DNA of 61,513 nucleotides from a virus (Duplodnaviria; Caudoviricetes): the IMG/VR virus record IMGVR_UViG_3300002171_000009, positions 1 to 61,513 of that record; one strand, 5' to 3'. The first letter of the stretch is position 1. Each line of letters opens with the position of its first letter. The notes beneath the pieces were generated by a model, which ran no database searches, was not told the origin of the DNA, and was given only the letters and a program-made list of their open reading frames with translations. This document shows, one piece after another, positions 1 through 9,377 of this stretch. The position numbers and the translations under genes are program-made.

Positions 1-462
1 ATGGGTAGCATAAGATCTCCAGCCAAGAGGAACACCCAACAGATTCAGCTCCTCCCATCTCTCCGCGACATTGAGATCAACCCAACACCGCATCCCATGT
101 TCCTGGAAGAGCCGGGATAGGTGCCGCTTCTTGGCGATCTGCCAGAGGGCTCTATAGTAGGGCTGTGCATTAGATGTGCTGAAATTGACTTCTATGAAGC
201 TTGGGGCCTTGCTCTCCCAAACCTTCGCGGGCCTTTCCCAAAGCTTGCGCCAATGGTGGCCATGCTCTACAGCAGTCCCAAGAGCATCAAAACGATTGTC
301 GTCCTCCCAAAAGGTGATTGTGTTTCCTATGAGTTCTTTGGTTCGGGCAACTGATCCCCATTGGCGAGGGTAGTCTAATACATCTCCTTGCATGGATGGG
401 TCGAGATCGGCCACGCCTTCGCTATTGCTGCTCGCGAATAGACAATCTGGAACTTCTGACAT
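1..462 (-). CDS. DUF4417-like protein, 3' truncated by window edge (paralog of 59532..60287)
   Basis: Open frame from ATG at 462 (GGTGA SD) to base 1, absent from the ORF track. MSEVPDCLFASSNSEG..TFWEDDNRF..EVNFST..KRHLSRLFQEHGMRCWVDLNV..LLGVPLGWRSYATH aligns by eye with FPSSNAEG..HFYTDDYRF..EPNFST..KRWISRWAQSYGIEIWVDLAV..LLGVPKGWRAYST. Confidence 0.8.
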   Translation of the reverse strand, partial: MSEVPDCLFASSNSEGVADLDPSMQGDVLDYPRQWGSVARTKELIGNTITFWEDDNRFDALGTAVEHGHHWRKLWERPAKVWESKAPSFIEVNFSTSNAQPYYRALWQIAKKRHLSRLFQEHGMRCWVDLNVAERWEELNLLGVPLGWRSYATH

Positions 463-474
463 GTTTCACCTATT

Positions 475-762
475 TCATGGAGAAAGAGGCCATGCAGTCC
501 ACCTGCATGCCGCTTAAGCCATGATTTGACCTTCTTATGATGTAGTGCCTTGTCACGATGTGACTATCAATATGATCACTGCTATCGATGATACAAATCC
601 GATGCATAATCGTGCTTCGCATAACTGAATCGCATCTTCCCATAATATTCGAATGCCTTCATGAGTCGCTTAACCTTTTTCTTGGGGAATTTATGCGAAT
701 CCTCGAAATATTCGCGCGATAATTGCTCAACAAATTCGTCGAATATCATGCTCTTTCTCCCT
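475..762. repeat. 288-bp imperfect direct repeat, copy A (copy B 61226..61513)
   Basis: Ungapped match at offset 60751; 15 mismatches, 13 of them in 496-547; 662-762 identical. Confidence 0.95.
582..749 (-). CDS. 55-aa hypothetical protein (MIFDEFVEQLSREY...), second copy 61333..61500
   Basis: Manual translation; purine-rich SD upstream; frame conserved in both repeat copies. Confidence 0.55.
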   Translation of the reverse strand: MIFDEFVEQLSREYFEDSHKFPKKKVKRLMKAFEYYGKMRFSYAKHDYASDLYHR

Positions 763-844
763 CGCTATCCTCTCCTTCTCGCGACATATCGGGCAGTACT
801 TTTCGGTCGCGGGCCGCATGTGGCCATTGCAGACGATATATGCA

Positions 845-1150
845 TCAGGCATCTATCTCCTTGAGCATATCTACCTCAAGCGGGGCAAAGTCCGCATAAA
901 ACTCGCTCCAATTAATCGCAGACATATTCAGCTCGCTTAGGTCCTCGGTGCCGTCCACAATGATTTGAGCGGCTTCTTGCATTGGGTCGGGGAAGACGAG
1001 GGGCTTCTCTTCTTCGGCAATAATAGGCCGAACATCGTCTTCTGGAATATCGTCTACAAAACAGAGCGGTGGCTCCTCGTCCACATATTCATCTGCCATG
1101 CATGGGATGACCAGAATTAACAAAACTTGAGCAGCCAGCCAAATGCCCAT
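845..1150 (-). CDS. acidic protein with N-terminal signal peptide/anchor
   Basis: MGIWLAAQVLLILVIPCMA followed by a D/E-rich body; start moved to the ATG after a GGAGG-like SD. Confidence 0.55.
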   Translation of the reverse strand: MGIWLAAQVLLILVIPCMADEYVDEEPPLCFVDDIPEDDVRPIIAEEEKPLVFPDPMQEAAQIIVDGTEDLSELNMSAINWSEFYADFAPLEVDMLKEIDA

Positions 1151-1238
1151 GCTTTCGCCTCCCCTGGATGGAAGAGCGCCCATATCAAGATAGCCGCCAA
1201 AATCATCGCAAACACGCATGTGATGATCGAATCCAACG

Positions 1239-1520
1239 TCATTGATGGACCCCCATTAGGCTTAGGAGAATGGTGAGTATCGATCCAATTATTAGGCTGA
1301 AAAGTATTAGAATGGGCTCTTTATATGCCTGCCACCAGTTCTGTTTGCCGATCTCAAAACTTTCCATGCACGCATCGGCCTTTTCAAGTGCGGTTATCCT
1401 TCCCTCGTGGTCGTGTATCCTGTCGCATAGCGTTTTTATATCCTTGCTCTGGTATCCTTGGCGTTCATAGATCTTGATGAGGTAATCATGATCAGTCAGC
1501 AGGCCGGGGGCGTCGTCCAT
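1239..1520 (-). CDS. holin-like protein (coiled coil plus C-terminal TM, XhlA-like architecture)
   Basis: DHEGRITALEK heptads, then ILILFSLIIGSILTILLSLMG; adjacent to the peptidase. Confidence 0.55.
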   Translation of the reverse strand: MDDAPGLLTDHDYLIKIYERQGYQSKDIKTLCDRIHDHEGRITALEKADACMESFEIGKQNWWQAYKEPILILFSLIIGSILTILLSLMGVHQ

Positions 1521-1526
1521 GATGCC

Positions 1527-2321
1527 TCAGGTGAATGGAGCCTGTAATGTCTCAGCCTGGGTGGTCTCAAGTTGTGGCACTTGTGAGAGTCCAAGGGCGG
1601 CCACCTTTGCGCAGACATAGTTGATCATCTGGGAGCGAGTGCCTGTGGCGGTCAGAGCCTTGCATAGGTAATACGAGAATGCGCCTCGGACCTGCCCATT
1701 GATGATTAGCTCTGCGGAGGTCTGTCCATCTTGGCAACCGGCCCAAAGCACATGGTTGAGGCCCGGAACAAGTACAATGGCCTTAGTCTTTGCTTTGGTC
1801 TTTCTTGCCTTTTTGCCCACAATTGGCGGAAGAGATCGGATCGTAATATTTGAATCTATTTCGCGTGTGCCTGTCCCCGAATGGCAGCAATCCATGAACA
1901 CATCGAGCGTTGCGTCTGCGGGCAGCCTAGCAAAGATCGCTCTCAGATCATCGTCCGAAATGTACTGCGGCCAATCGATGGGGCAAATAACCTCATCCCA
2001 GCCGTCGGCTTCATCACCGGATGCATCCCGGACCTGTGAACCATGACCCGAGAAGAAGAAGATGAATTTGTCGTTGTTTCCTGGAATGGCACAATCCACC
2101 ATTCCATTTAGAGCGGCCAATATCGGTGCTTTGTTGGCATTGAGAAGCGTGTTGCTGGTGAACCCACGCATTTTTAGAACATCGGCCATTGCCTTCGCAT
2201 CATTGAATCCTCTGGTGGCGATAACACCATTGAACACGTTTGCATCGTTGATACATCCGGATAATGGGGCGGTTGAATATGCGTCGTTTCCAACCACGAC
2301 AGCGAGCTTTTGGGGTGGCAT
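1527..2321 (-). CDS. caspase/metacaspase-family peptidase (C14)
   Basis: LSGCINDA, FFFSGHGSQ (catalytic His), DEVICPID, DCCHSGT (catalytic Cys), GAFSY and QVPQL motifs. Confidence 0.92.
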   Translation of the reverse strand: MPPQKLAVVVGNDAYSTAPLSGCINDANVFNGVIATRGFNDAKAMADVLKMRGFTSNTLLNANKAPILAALNGMVDCAIPGNNDKFIFFFSGHGSQVRDASGDEADGWDEVICPIDWPQYISDDDLRAIFARLPADATLDVFMDCCHSGTGTREIDSNITIRSLPPIVGKKARKTKAKTKAIVLVPGLNHVLWAGCQDGQTSAELIINGQVRGAFSYYLCKALTATGTRSQMINYVCAKVAALGLSQVPQLETTQAETLQAPFT

Positions 2322-2353
2322 TTGTATTCTCCTTTATTATTTGCAAAAAATAA

Positions 2354-2554
2354 TTATGTCTGGCTTCCGGTCTGTCCTCTGGACCCGAACCAATATCCGC
2401 CTACGCCAGTGACAAGCGCGATCATGCCAGTCACGATAGTAGACACGATATTGGCATCTCCTCTGATCACGGCCACCAAGAGGATGCTCCAAACCATCAG
2501 AACTATGATGATCGTGGCCCAAAGACCTTCGCCGAATTTGGATAGATCCATCAA
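2354..2554 (-). CDS. two-TM holin-like protein
   Basis: 66 aa with two hydrophobic helices ending GYWFGSRGQ, a typical holin-like YxFGS tail. Confidence 0.65.
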   Translation of the reverse strand: MMDLSKFGEGLWATIIIVLMVWSILLVAVIRGDANIVSTIVTGMIALVTGVGGYWFGSRGQTGSQT

Positions 2555-2922
2555 ATCACTCCTTGGCCACGAATCCCGCCATTAGGAGCGTGATTACCGC
2601 AGACGCAATATGCTCATCTACTTGAAAGCCGCTCTTCTCTTCGGGCTTTTCAGGATCAAATATTTCAATCTGTATCATTCTCATCTATACCACCTCAACC
2701 CATCTCATCGCTATCCACTTCTCGATCATCTCGTCATTCGCCCCATCTATCGTGCTCGATTCCACGATATTGCCCTTGGTCATGCGTTGAGGATCGCTTA
2801 CAGAGCCAAAATTGAAGGACTTGAGAATCTTTAGCTTCATGTGGTTGCCTCGGTGCGTTTCTTGAGTTCTTCCCGGCCTTGCACCATTGCTCGGACCATT
2901 TCGGGCGTAGCTTGGATTTCCT

Positions 2923-3261
2923 TCATGCCGTCTCACCTAATATCGTCGCATTTGTCGCATTACCGACCGAAGAAGGCAACGCAATTTCGCTTGCAGCGAA
3001 CGATACCTGAGTGCTTGTCAGCGTATCATTCATACCCTGTATGGCCTCCCTGGTGCCCGCAAAATATGGTCCCAAATCGCTCATATCTGCCCTGGTGGGC
3101 ATCCAACCCACTATGCCGATGTTTGCCTGATCGATCTTCTGGACGGAGGGCCAGGCGACATGCTGAAGGTCCACGGTGCCCGGTGGGGCTTGATAGGATA
3201 AGTCAACAGAGGCCAATGCCGGCATGATCAAGAGCAGAGCAATAAATATGGATTTCATCAA
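2923..3261 (-). CDS. secreted hypothetical protein
   Basis: Sec-type signal MKSIFIALLLIMPALA. Confidence 0.6.
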   Translation of the reverse strand: MMKSIFIALLLIMPALASVDLSYQAPPGTVDLQHVAWPSVQKIDQANIGIVGWMPTRADMSDLGPYFAGTREAIQGMNDTLTSTQVSFAASEIALPSSVGNATNATILGETA

Positions 3262-3791
3262 AATCGCACTCCCGGACCTTTCAGATACCGCCGCATATTC
3301 CTAATCGCCACCAATGCAATGCCCTGTATCTCGTCCTGTGAAGCGTCGCCCGTTGGATATTTCAGAGCCCATTGCTTCAGCGTCATGAGCGGCCCGCCGT
3401 TGGCATCTCGGATCTTGAAGAAATCCGCGCCATTACCCGCGATTGTGGCGGCCAACGTCTTTCTGTTGATTACCACGCCGAGAATAGTGTCTTCCTTGAT
3501 GAGTTCTGCACGTTTCTTCAGTTTCGTTCCTTCATCCGACTCTGGATCGGCTACCAGCCACGCTTTGGCAAGTGCGACTTCCGGGAACCAGTCTGGGATC
3601 TTGCAATAGCCACCAGTTGGCAGATCATGTCCCGGTCCATCGTACTGGCATAAACCATCCATTGCCTCGTCTTGCATCGTGGCATCGGCGATTGTATTCT
3701 TGTGGCCGCAGGTCGGGCAGGTCCATGTATCTGCCGCGGAGGGCGGCCAATCAAACTCCTGTTTGCAATTTTCGCAAATGTGCTTCGACAT
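3258..3791 (-). CDS. zinc-ribbon protein
   Basis: CENC...CPTC at the N-terminus; start set at MSKHIC after a GGTG SD. Confidence 0.6.
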   Translation of the reverse strand: MSKHICENCKQEFDWPPSAADTWTCPTCGHKNTIADATMQDEAMDGLCQYDGPGHDLPTGGYCKIPDWFPEVALAKAWLVADPESDEGTKLKKRAELIKEDTILGVVINRKTLAATIAGNGADFFKIRDANGGPLMTLKQWALKYPTGDASQDEIQGIALVAIRNMRRYLKGPGVRF

Positions 3792-3925
3792 ATTTACACC
3801 TATTATAACTTGCTTATAATCTTTGCAAATGAATGCTTTGCTTCTTATGATCGGATTGTCTTGATGAAAAAATTTGATGATCTCTAGGATGTCGGATGCG
3901 GAGAGATCGTCAAGCATGAAAACCT

Positions 3926-4309
3926 TCAGTAAAGTACCCCAAACAAGAATACGGTATTTGTTGCCCCGCCAGCGTGCGCCCCTACATCCATTTGGATTAC
4001 CGTTCCTGCTGCATATGATTTCCTCATCACAGGCGTCGAGTTTGGCACTGGTTCCATCCAGGCAGCGTCGTATTCAGCATTTACGCCACTTAATGTCTGT
4101 GTCCCCAAGAAGTCGGTTAATGCGCCAACCTGCCCAATCGTGCATGTAGTTGTGCCCGCATCCGCGCCAGCAACAAGCAACGCGCCATGCAATACGCATC
4201 TTTTTCCAGCCGGGACGGTAAACAATGTCGTCTGCGCATTGGCCGCCAAAGATACCGTCGTAGTGGAAAGAAGAGAAATAGCCTTTTCCTTTAAATTCAC
4301 GAGTGCCAT
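3926..4309 (-). CDS. putative virion structural protein
   Basis: A/G/T/V-rich, beta-type composition, within the late operon. Confidence 0.5.
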   Translation of the reverse strand: MALVNLKEKAISLLSTTTVSLAANAQTTLFTVPAGKRCVLHGALLVAGADAGTTTCTIGQVGALTDFLGTQTLSGVNAEYDAAWMEPVPNSTPVMRKSYAAGTVIQMDVGAHAGGATNTVFLFGVLY

Positions 4310-4462
4310 AATAACCTCATATCAAATCATGTTCAAACGCAACCGCTTCGTTTTCCCAGCCCACTATCTGCCCTTCGCATTGGACTACATAGGCCGAAAA
4401 AACGATGATCTCCGACAGGTCTTGAAGTGTATCGTTAATTGAACCAGGATTTTCTGCCATGT

Positions 4463-5350
4463 CTAAAACTCCAGAATCTTTATGTTCTCTCGGCCCATCA
4501 GCCCCTTATCCGGCCTCCAAGCCAATATCGGATGCTCGATTCCATTAGTTGGATCGAAGAAATCGGTAATATCAAATTTTATGGTGTCGCCAATGGCGAA
4601 AGTGCCCCTTGCACGAATCTGGGTGCTCTTGACAGAGGTCCAAGTGCCATCGGCGGCTTGAACTCCTCGGCTTACTAGCTTGATAGTGCATGGTAGGTTT
4701 GTTTCAGTTGAAGTCTGGATTGCCGCACCGCCGGTGTCAATGCATGTGATCAGGATGCGGCAATCCAAATTTGCTGTTGTGCAAACTGGAAGAGAAGTTA
4801 GATTAGTAGTGGTCGTCTTGGTGGCAGCCTGCGTGAATGTAAGCGTCTCTGAACCGATCACCACGCTACCCGCCACATCCAGACCACTTGAGAAATGAAC
4901 ATGCGGAGTAAAGGCAGTCACAACTCCCGCGCCGGAATCGTCCGGCTTGAGTGCTGCTATTACCCCCGCCGCTATCAGGCTTGCATCCAAGGCAGCCAAA
5001 GCAACGATCTGAGATGCCGTGGTTGTGATCGCACCGCCTGCCCCGGTGGCAAGATTAACAGTGATTGCATCCCCAACAAGAGCAATGCTCAGGGCAGCAT
5101 TTGGCGTCCCGGGATTGACATATTCGATGGATTTGGCCGCCGTCGTGCCTATGGCATCGGTCCATGTAATGTCGTTATCTGAGCCAGTTAAATTCGTGGT
5201 ATAATATGGCCGAGGCGAGATGGCAACCTTGCATCGAAACGTGACAGCGGGCGCAGTTCCGATCAAAGTCAACGTGGCCGCACTCATACCATCATATAGG
5301 GTATGCGGTGACTTGGTTATACGCTTGGCGAGATGGAAAAATCGGCTCAT
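4463..5350 (-). CDS. putative head-closure protein with inserted beta domain
   Basis: Follows the adaptor gene; central DITWT..SIEYV..LSIALVG..TTASQIV segment resembles an insert in the tail tube protein. Confidence 0.5.
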   Translation of the reverse strand: MSRFFHLAKRITKSPHTLYDGMSAATLTLIGTAPAVTFRCKVAISPRPYYTTNLTGSDNDITWTDAIGTTAAKSIEYVNPGTPNAALSIALVGDAITVNLATGAGGAITTTASQIVALAALDASLIAAGVIAALKPDDSGAGVVTAFTPHVHFSSGLDVAGSVVIGSETLTFTQAATKTTTTNLTSLPVCTTANLDCRILITCIDTGGAAIQTSTETNLPCTIKLVSRGVQAADGTWTSVKSTQIRARGTFAIGDTIKFDITDFFDPTNGIEHPILAWRPDKGLMGRENIKILEF

Positions 5351-5733
5351 GCGTAATCGCCGCTGGTATTTGGTTTAATATCCCAAGTCGCGGATACTTC
5401 GTCACCATGAACAAACTTGTCTGGATAGGTCGCCACATCTCGAACGGCTGACACGGCGCTTGAAGACGTGAATTGGCCCCTCTTAGCTTCCGCCTTAAGG
5501 GCATCGCCCCTTGCCTTGAAGAGCATGGCGAGATCTTTGTATTCTCCGAGTCTGGTCACGCATTTATAACAGCATTCGGAGGCCGCGATATAGAGGTTGC
5601 TGTGATTGGTTATTTCGGAATTGATTTCATTATCAGTGAGTATGATGGCATCATTATCCACGTCTCCGACTTTATCTCTGACCCAGGATAGGCTAGATCC
5701 TGCTGGATTTCCATCGTATTGATCGGCAGTCAT
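5347..5733 (-). CDS. head-tail adaptor protein
   Basis: VRDKVGDVD..ILTDNEI motif; size and position downstream of the capsid genes. Confidence 0.65.
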   Translation of the reverse strand: MTADQYDGNPAGSSLSWVRDKVGDVDNDAIILTDNEINSEITNHSNLYIAASECCYKCVTRLGEYKDLAMLFKARGDALKAEAKRGQFTSSSAVSAVRDVATYPDKFVHGDEVSATWDIKPNTSGDYA

Positions 5734-5777
5734 TATTATACCTCAAGTTTATTATTGAAAAATTTATAAGGATTAAA

Positions 5778-6506
5778 TTAATAGAACAACAAAAAATCTA
5801 TGATTTGGTTGAGATTATTATGCGTGTATCCGAAAGTTACGTGAAAAGCCTCGTGGCACTTATAACAAAAAGTGATCCCGTTATCTATATTTGTGCGCAG
5901 ATGTTCAAATTCAGAGAAATTGTATACATGATGAGCACGAAAAACACCACTCTTGCCATTTCCACATTTTACGCACTTATATCCATCTCGTTCAAAAACA
6001 CCTGATCTCCAAGTTTGATATTCCTTTGAATAATACATTTGGTTTCGCTCAGGAGTTATCCCACCTTTCCAATTCCAGTGGCTTTCTTTTGGTTGCCCAG
6101 CATGCCTATTATGAGCTATGATCTTAGCACGCCGTTCTGGCGAGCATGGCTTTATTTTCTTTCCGAGTTTCGCATTAGATATATTAGCACAGTGCTCTGG
6201 CGATTTTGGCAAAGCGGCAGATGGATTTGGTTTTCCCATCTTCATAGAGGATATCAAAGCACAAAATTCTGGAGATCTGCGTTTTCCCTTGTTTGATTGC
6301 GATATTTTCAGGCGCGTTTCTTCAGACAAATGTTTTCCAACTCGGTGAGACCCCATAGGGCGGACTGGGATATTATACCTATGAATCCATTTCCAGATAC
6401 ATTTTTGGGCTACGCCCTGCTCTTTCGCTATCTCGTCAAAAGATTTTTTGTTTATTATATACTGTTCTCTAAGCCAAGCCTCGTCCCGATAGAGCTTTTC
6501 AGCCAC
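5778..6506 (-). CDS. NUMOD3-HNH homing endonuclease
   Basis: HLSEETRLKISQS repeats, NWKGG, CVKCG..AHH..NGITFCYKCH; GTG start after ATAGGAG; low GC. Confidence 0.88.
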   Translation of the reverse strand: MAEKLYRDEAWLREQYIINKKSFDEIAKEQGVAQKCIWKWIHRYNIPVRPMGSHRVGKHLSEETRLKISQSNKGKRRSPEFCALISSMKMGKPNPSAALPKSPEHCANISNAKLGKKIKPCSPERRAKIIAHNRHAGQPKESHWNWKGGITPERNQMYYSKEYQTWRSGVFERDGYKCVKCGNGKSGVFRAHHVYNFSEFEHLRTNIDNGITFCYKCHEAFHVTFGYTHNNLNQIIDFLLFY

Positions 6507-6635
6507 TTTAATACATCTCCTATCATGTATCCTAGAAAGTGTCATGCTGGCAGGCCGTCTAGGGAAACGGCTTTTCGGGGATCAGCCTAGCCAGCGAGTG
6601 TTATTTATCACGATACTATTTATAAGTATCGTGTT
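6507..6635 (-). promoter_or_regulatory. TATA promoter plus structured 5' leader RNA of HNH gene (copy 1)
   Basis: TTATAAATA flanked by the palindrome CACGATAC/GTATCGTG; stems GCTGGC/GCCAGC and GCCGT/ACGGC; homologous to 58018..58150. Confidence 0.75.
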
Positions 6636-6655
6636 CACAGATATAGATTTTGTAT

Positions 6656-7657
6656 CTATGAAGACTTCCTAAACACTAGGATATAATTCACGGCACCTGT
6701 AGATCTTCCAGCACTTGCGGCGGCATACAGATAGACATCTCCACCAGATGCAACAATGCCGTTGGCTCCGACCACCGGCCACATGAAGATGGGAGCGCCA
6801 ACCGTGTTCTGGAATGCATTTGCGATGGTCAAGGTCATATCAGTGGCCATCTTGGTGTTGGCTCCGGCGGCACTTGATATGCTGATCACGTTGGAGGTTG
6901 TGCCATTGGCGACCTGGGACACCACCAGAACCGCAAACAAGAGCTGACCCTTTGCGGCCATCGAGTCTATGACTTTGGTATCGACCGCATCGGCAGAACC
7001 ACTGAAATCAAAAGCCCCGGTCTCGATAAAGATAGCAGACTTCTCATCAGCTACAAGATGGGCGATCTTGATAGCAGCAGAAAGCACACCAGAAGTATTA
7101 CTGATGCCAGTGGTTGCCGCTGTCCCTGCGATTGCGGATACAAAATCCGCAACGGATTCAAGCTTTCCAGGATCGCCTTCGGCGGATTCGTCGATGAATG
7201 GAATGGTATCAGCCGCGGGATCTAAGACCGCATCTCCAAACTCATCTATGTCTAGGCTTAGAACTCCACTGGTAGCAATCAAGCCCTCGCCAGCGACCGC
7301 CGTCATGAGATCGGCCACAGATTCGAGTTTGGTCGGATCTCCTGACGCATCCTCGTCTATGAAGGCTATCGTATCGGCGGCAACATCTAGTGTAGCATCC
7401 CCACATCCATCGATATCGAGAGATAGCTGACCAGATGCGGCAGCAAGTCCAGTTCCGGCAACGCCGGAGACAATATCGGCAATTGCTTCCTTTTTGGTAG
7501 AGCTATCAGTTGCATCCAAAATGGCTACAGAATCGGCGGCAACGTCAACGACCGCGGCGGATAGTTCGGATATGTCTAATGCACCGCCTTCGCTTATGCC
7601 GGTTACAGTGCCGACCGTTCCTATATAGCCCTTGATACTATGCTTATTTGTTGCCAT
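6656..7657 (-). CDS. repeat-containing virion protein (head fibre/decoration candidate)
   Basis: Three ~55-aa acidic repeats (LDI..LDxAADTI.FID....KLESVAD....AG.G...SG); directly after the MCP. Confidence 0.6.
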   Translation of the reverse strand: MATNKHSIKGYIGTVGTVTGISEGGALDISELSAAVVDVAADSVAILDATDSSTKKEAIADIVSGVAGTGLAAASGQLSLDIDGCGDATLDVAADTIAFIDEDASGDPTKLESVADLMTAVAGEGLIATSGVLSLDIDEFGDAVLDPAADTIPFIDESAEGDPGKLESVADFVSAIAGTAATTGISNTSGVLSAAIKIAHLVADEKSAIFIETGAFDFSGSADAVDTKVIDSMAAKGQLLFAVLVVSQVANGTTSNVISISSAAGANTKMATDMTLTIANAFQNTVGAPIFMWPVVGANGIVASGGDVYLYAAASAGRSTGAVNYILVFRKSS

Positions 7658-7747
7658 TCTTACCTTCCTCCTTCATCGGCTTAGGGCGAAAAGATTTTGA
7701 AGGCGGATTTTTCGCCTTCTGAACAACTTTTTTAGCCATGCGAGCCT

Positions 7748-8665
7748 CTACAGGACATAGATCTCAGCCGCGATTTCGTTGCTGTGGAATTCGCAGGGAT
7801 TTACCCACTCGCGGAGCACGACTGGGAAGTTGCCGCCAGTGTCCTTTCCGACTGAGGTGTCAACCCTCAGATCTTCGGAAACCACGAACTCGGTTCCTTC
7901 CATGTCCTGCGCAACCACGTAGACATAGCCAGCGGGCACATAGGCAGAAGTCTTGATGAACTGCTGAGTGTTTGCTGCACCGAACAGGTCAAGGATATCG
8001 TCTATATATCGCTTCCTCATGTCGTCCATCTTGCGAATAGGAGCGAGATCGGCTCTTCTGCCCAGCAGGAACTTGGGGTTGAAGTTATCGCCTATCCTGT
8101 CGCACATCTCCATGATGTCGGTATAGATATCAATATATGAATCGGTGCCAGTCCAGTTTCCGATGCTATCCACCGAAGGCGAAGATGCGGACGTGCCATA
8201 TGCCCGAACCCTTCCGTTGGGATTGGCTTGAGCAGCCGTTACCAACCCGGTAAGCCCGGTCGCTGTATCTCCATTGATCCAGATGTAATCTTCCAGACGG
8301 TGGATGTCTCTGGTGGCGATATCGATCTTTCTGGAGAGCTGCTTGGGGTCCAGGTTAAGGTCTCTTTCGTTGATCCTGACCGTTGCGCCGAACTGATACA
8401 TAACGTGAGAGACTTCTTTGCCCTTCGCGCCGACGATTGGAGGAGTGTCTCCCTTGGCCGTGATGGCCGCTGTAATGACTGTATTTCCCGCCGTCTTCTC
8501 ATAGAAGGTAACGGTATCTGTCTGGATGGTCGGACCTACATTCCGCATGGTGCTGAGATTGCGAGCAACCATGCTATCCCGCTGCTTCTGCTGATAATTG
8601 AGTACTTCACGCTCAAAGGCTTCCGTCAGGTGAGCAGGGATTGAAGATGAATAATTCATGGTCAT
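7748..8665 (-). CDS. major capsid protein (HK97/encapsulin-like fold)
   Basis: 305 aa; EDYIWINGD..GLTGL motif; position after protease and cement genes. Confidence 0.8.
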   Translation of the reverse strand: MTMNYSSSIPAHLTEAFEREVLNYQQKQRDSMVARNLSTMRNVGPTIQTDTVTFYEKTAGNTVITAAITAKGDTPPIVGAKGKEVSHVMYQFGATVRINERDLNLDPKQLSRKIDIATRDIHRLEDYIWINGDTATGLTGLVTAAQANPNGRVRAYGTSASSPSVDSIGNWTGTDSYIDIYTDIMEMCDRIGDNFNPKFLLGRRADLAPIRKMDDMRKRYIDDILDLFGAANTQQFIKTSAYVPAGYVYVVAQDMEGTEFVVSEDLRVDTSVGKDTGGNFPVVLREWVNPCEFHSNEIAAEIYVL

Positions 8666-9367
8666 TTAAATCACCAGGACTTCGCCCTGTCTAATTGCAT
8701 AGATCACATCAGCAGCCACGGTGGTAATCGGTATCTGCACGGTAAGTTGCGTATCGGTTATGGCCGTAACAGCATTCACCTGCGCGTCTGTGCCATTTGC
8801 ATCCGCGATCAGGATGAAATCGCCTACTTGCAAGCCCATCGTCGTAGGACCACCAGAAGTCATAGCAATAGTGGACTCTCCCGCAGTGGGGGTGCTGGAA
8901 GGAGCCGCATAAATGGCGCTTGTGAGAGTCAGATCTTCAAGAAGCTGTGCAATGCTCGTGGTGATGACTCTGGTCTCGCCTACATTTGCGCCTGCTCCAG
9001 ATTCCTCTATGCAGCCTGTGCCGGTTGCAGCGGTGCCGCTCGTATGGTCTGCCACGTCCATGAAGTCCCCGGCGACGGGGCTCGTGTTGGCCGTGGTAAT
9101 CACATTGGCATAGACTCTAGCACCTTTCAAGGCAACCTCGACGGGTTCGCCTATCTCATAGAAGCCATCATAGGTGTGCTCTTCCTCATCGGAGCATGCA
9201 AACCCCAATACGGAATCTTCGTCTTCCAGGACGACGGCCTTGATCCTTCCGAGTGTGCCGGAACGCATGACAGCAGCACCGAAGGGAATTCTGGCTCCGG
9301 CGATGTATGTCTTAGTAGGACCGTCGATATAAACATCCTTGCGGCCCGAATTGGTAAATGTAACCAT
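8666..9367 (-). CDS. capsid decoration/cement protein
   Basis: IPFGAAV..VLGFA..GEPVEVALKG; lies between protease and MCP. Confidence 0.6.
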   Translation of the reverse strand: MVTFTNSGRKDVYIDGPTKTYIAGARIPFGAAVMRSGTLGRIKAVVLEDEDSVLGFACSDEEEHTYDGFYEIGEPVEVALKGARVYANVITTANTSPVAGDFMDVADHTSGTAATGTGCIEESGAGANVGETRVITTSIAQLLEDLTLTSAIYAAPSSTPTAGESTIAMTSGGPTTMGLQVGDFILIADANGTDAQVNAVTAITDTQLTVQIPITTVAADVIYAIRQGEVLVI

Positions 9368-9377
9368 TTAGTTCACC

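Noticed and set aside
475-762. Repeat pair as a DGR template/variable region
   Set aside because: Mismatches involve all four bases rather than adenines of one copy, and no reverse transcriptase gene is visible.
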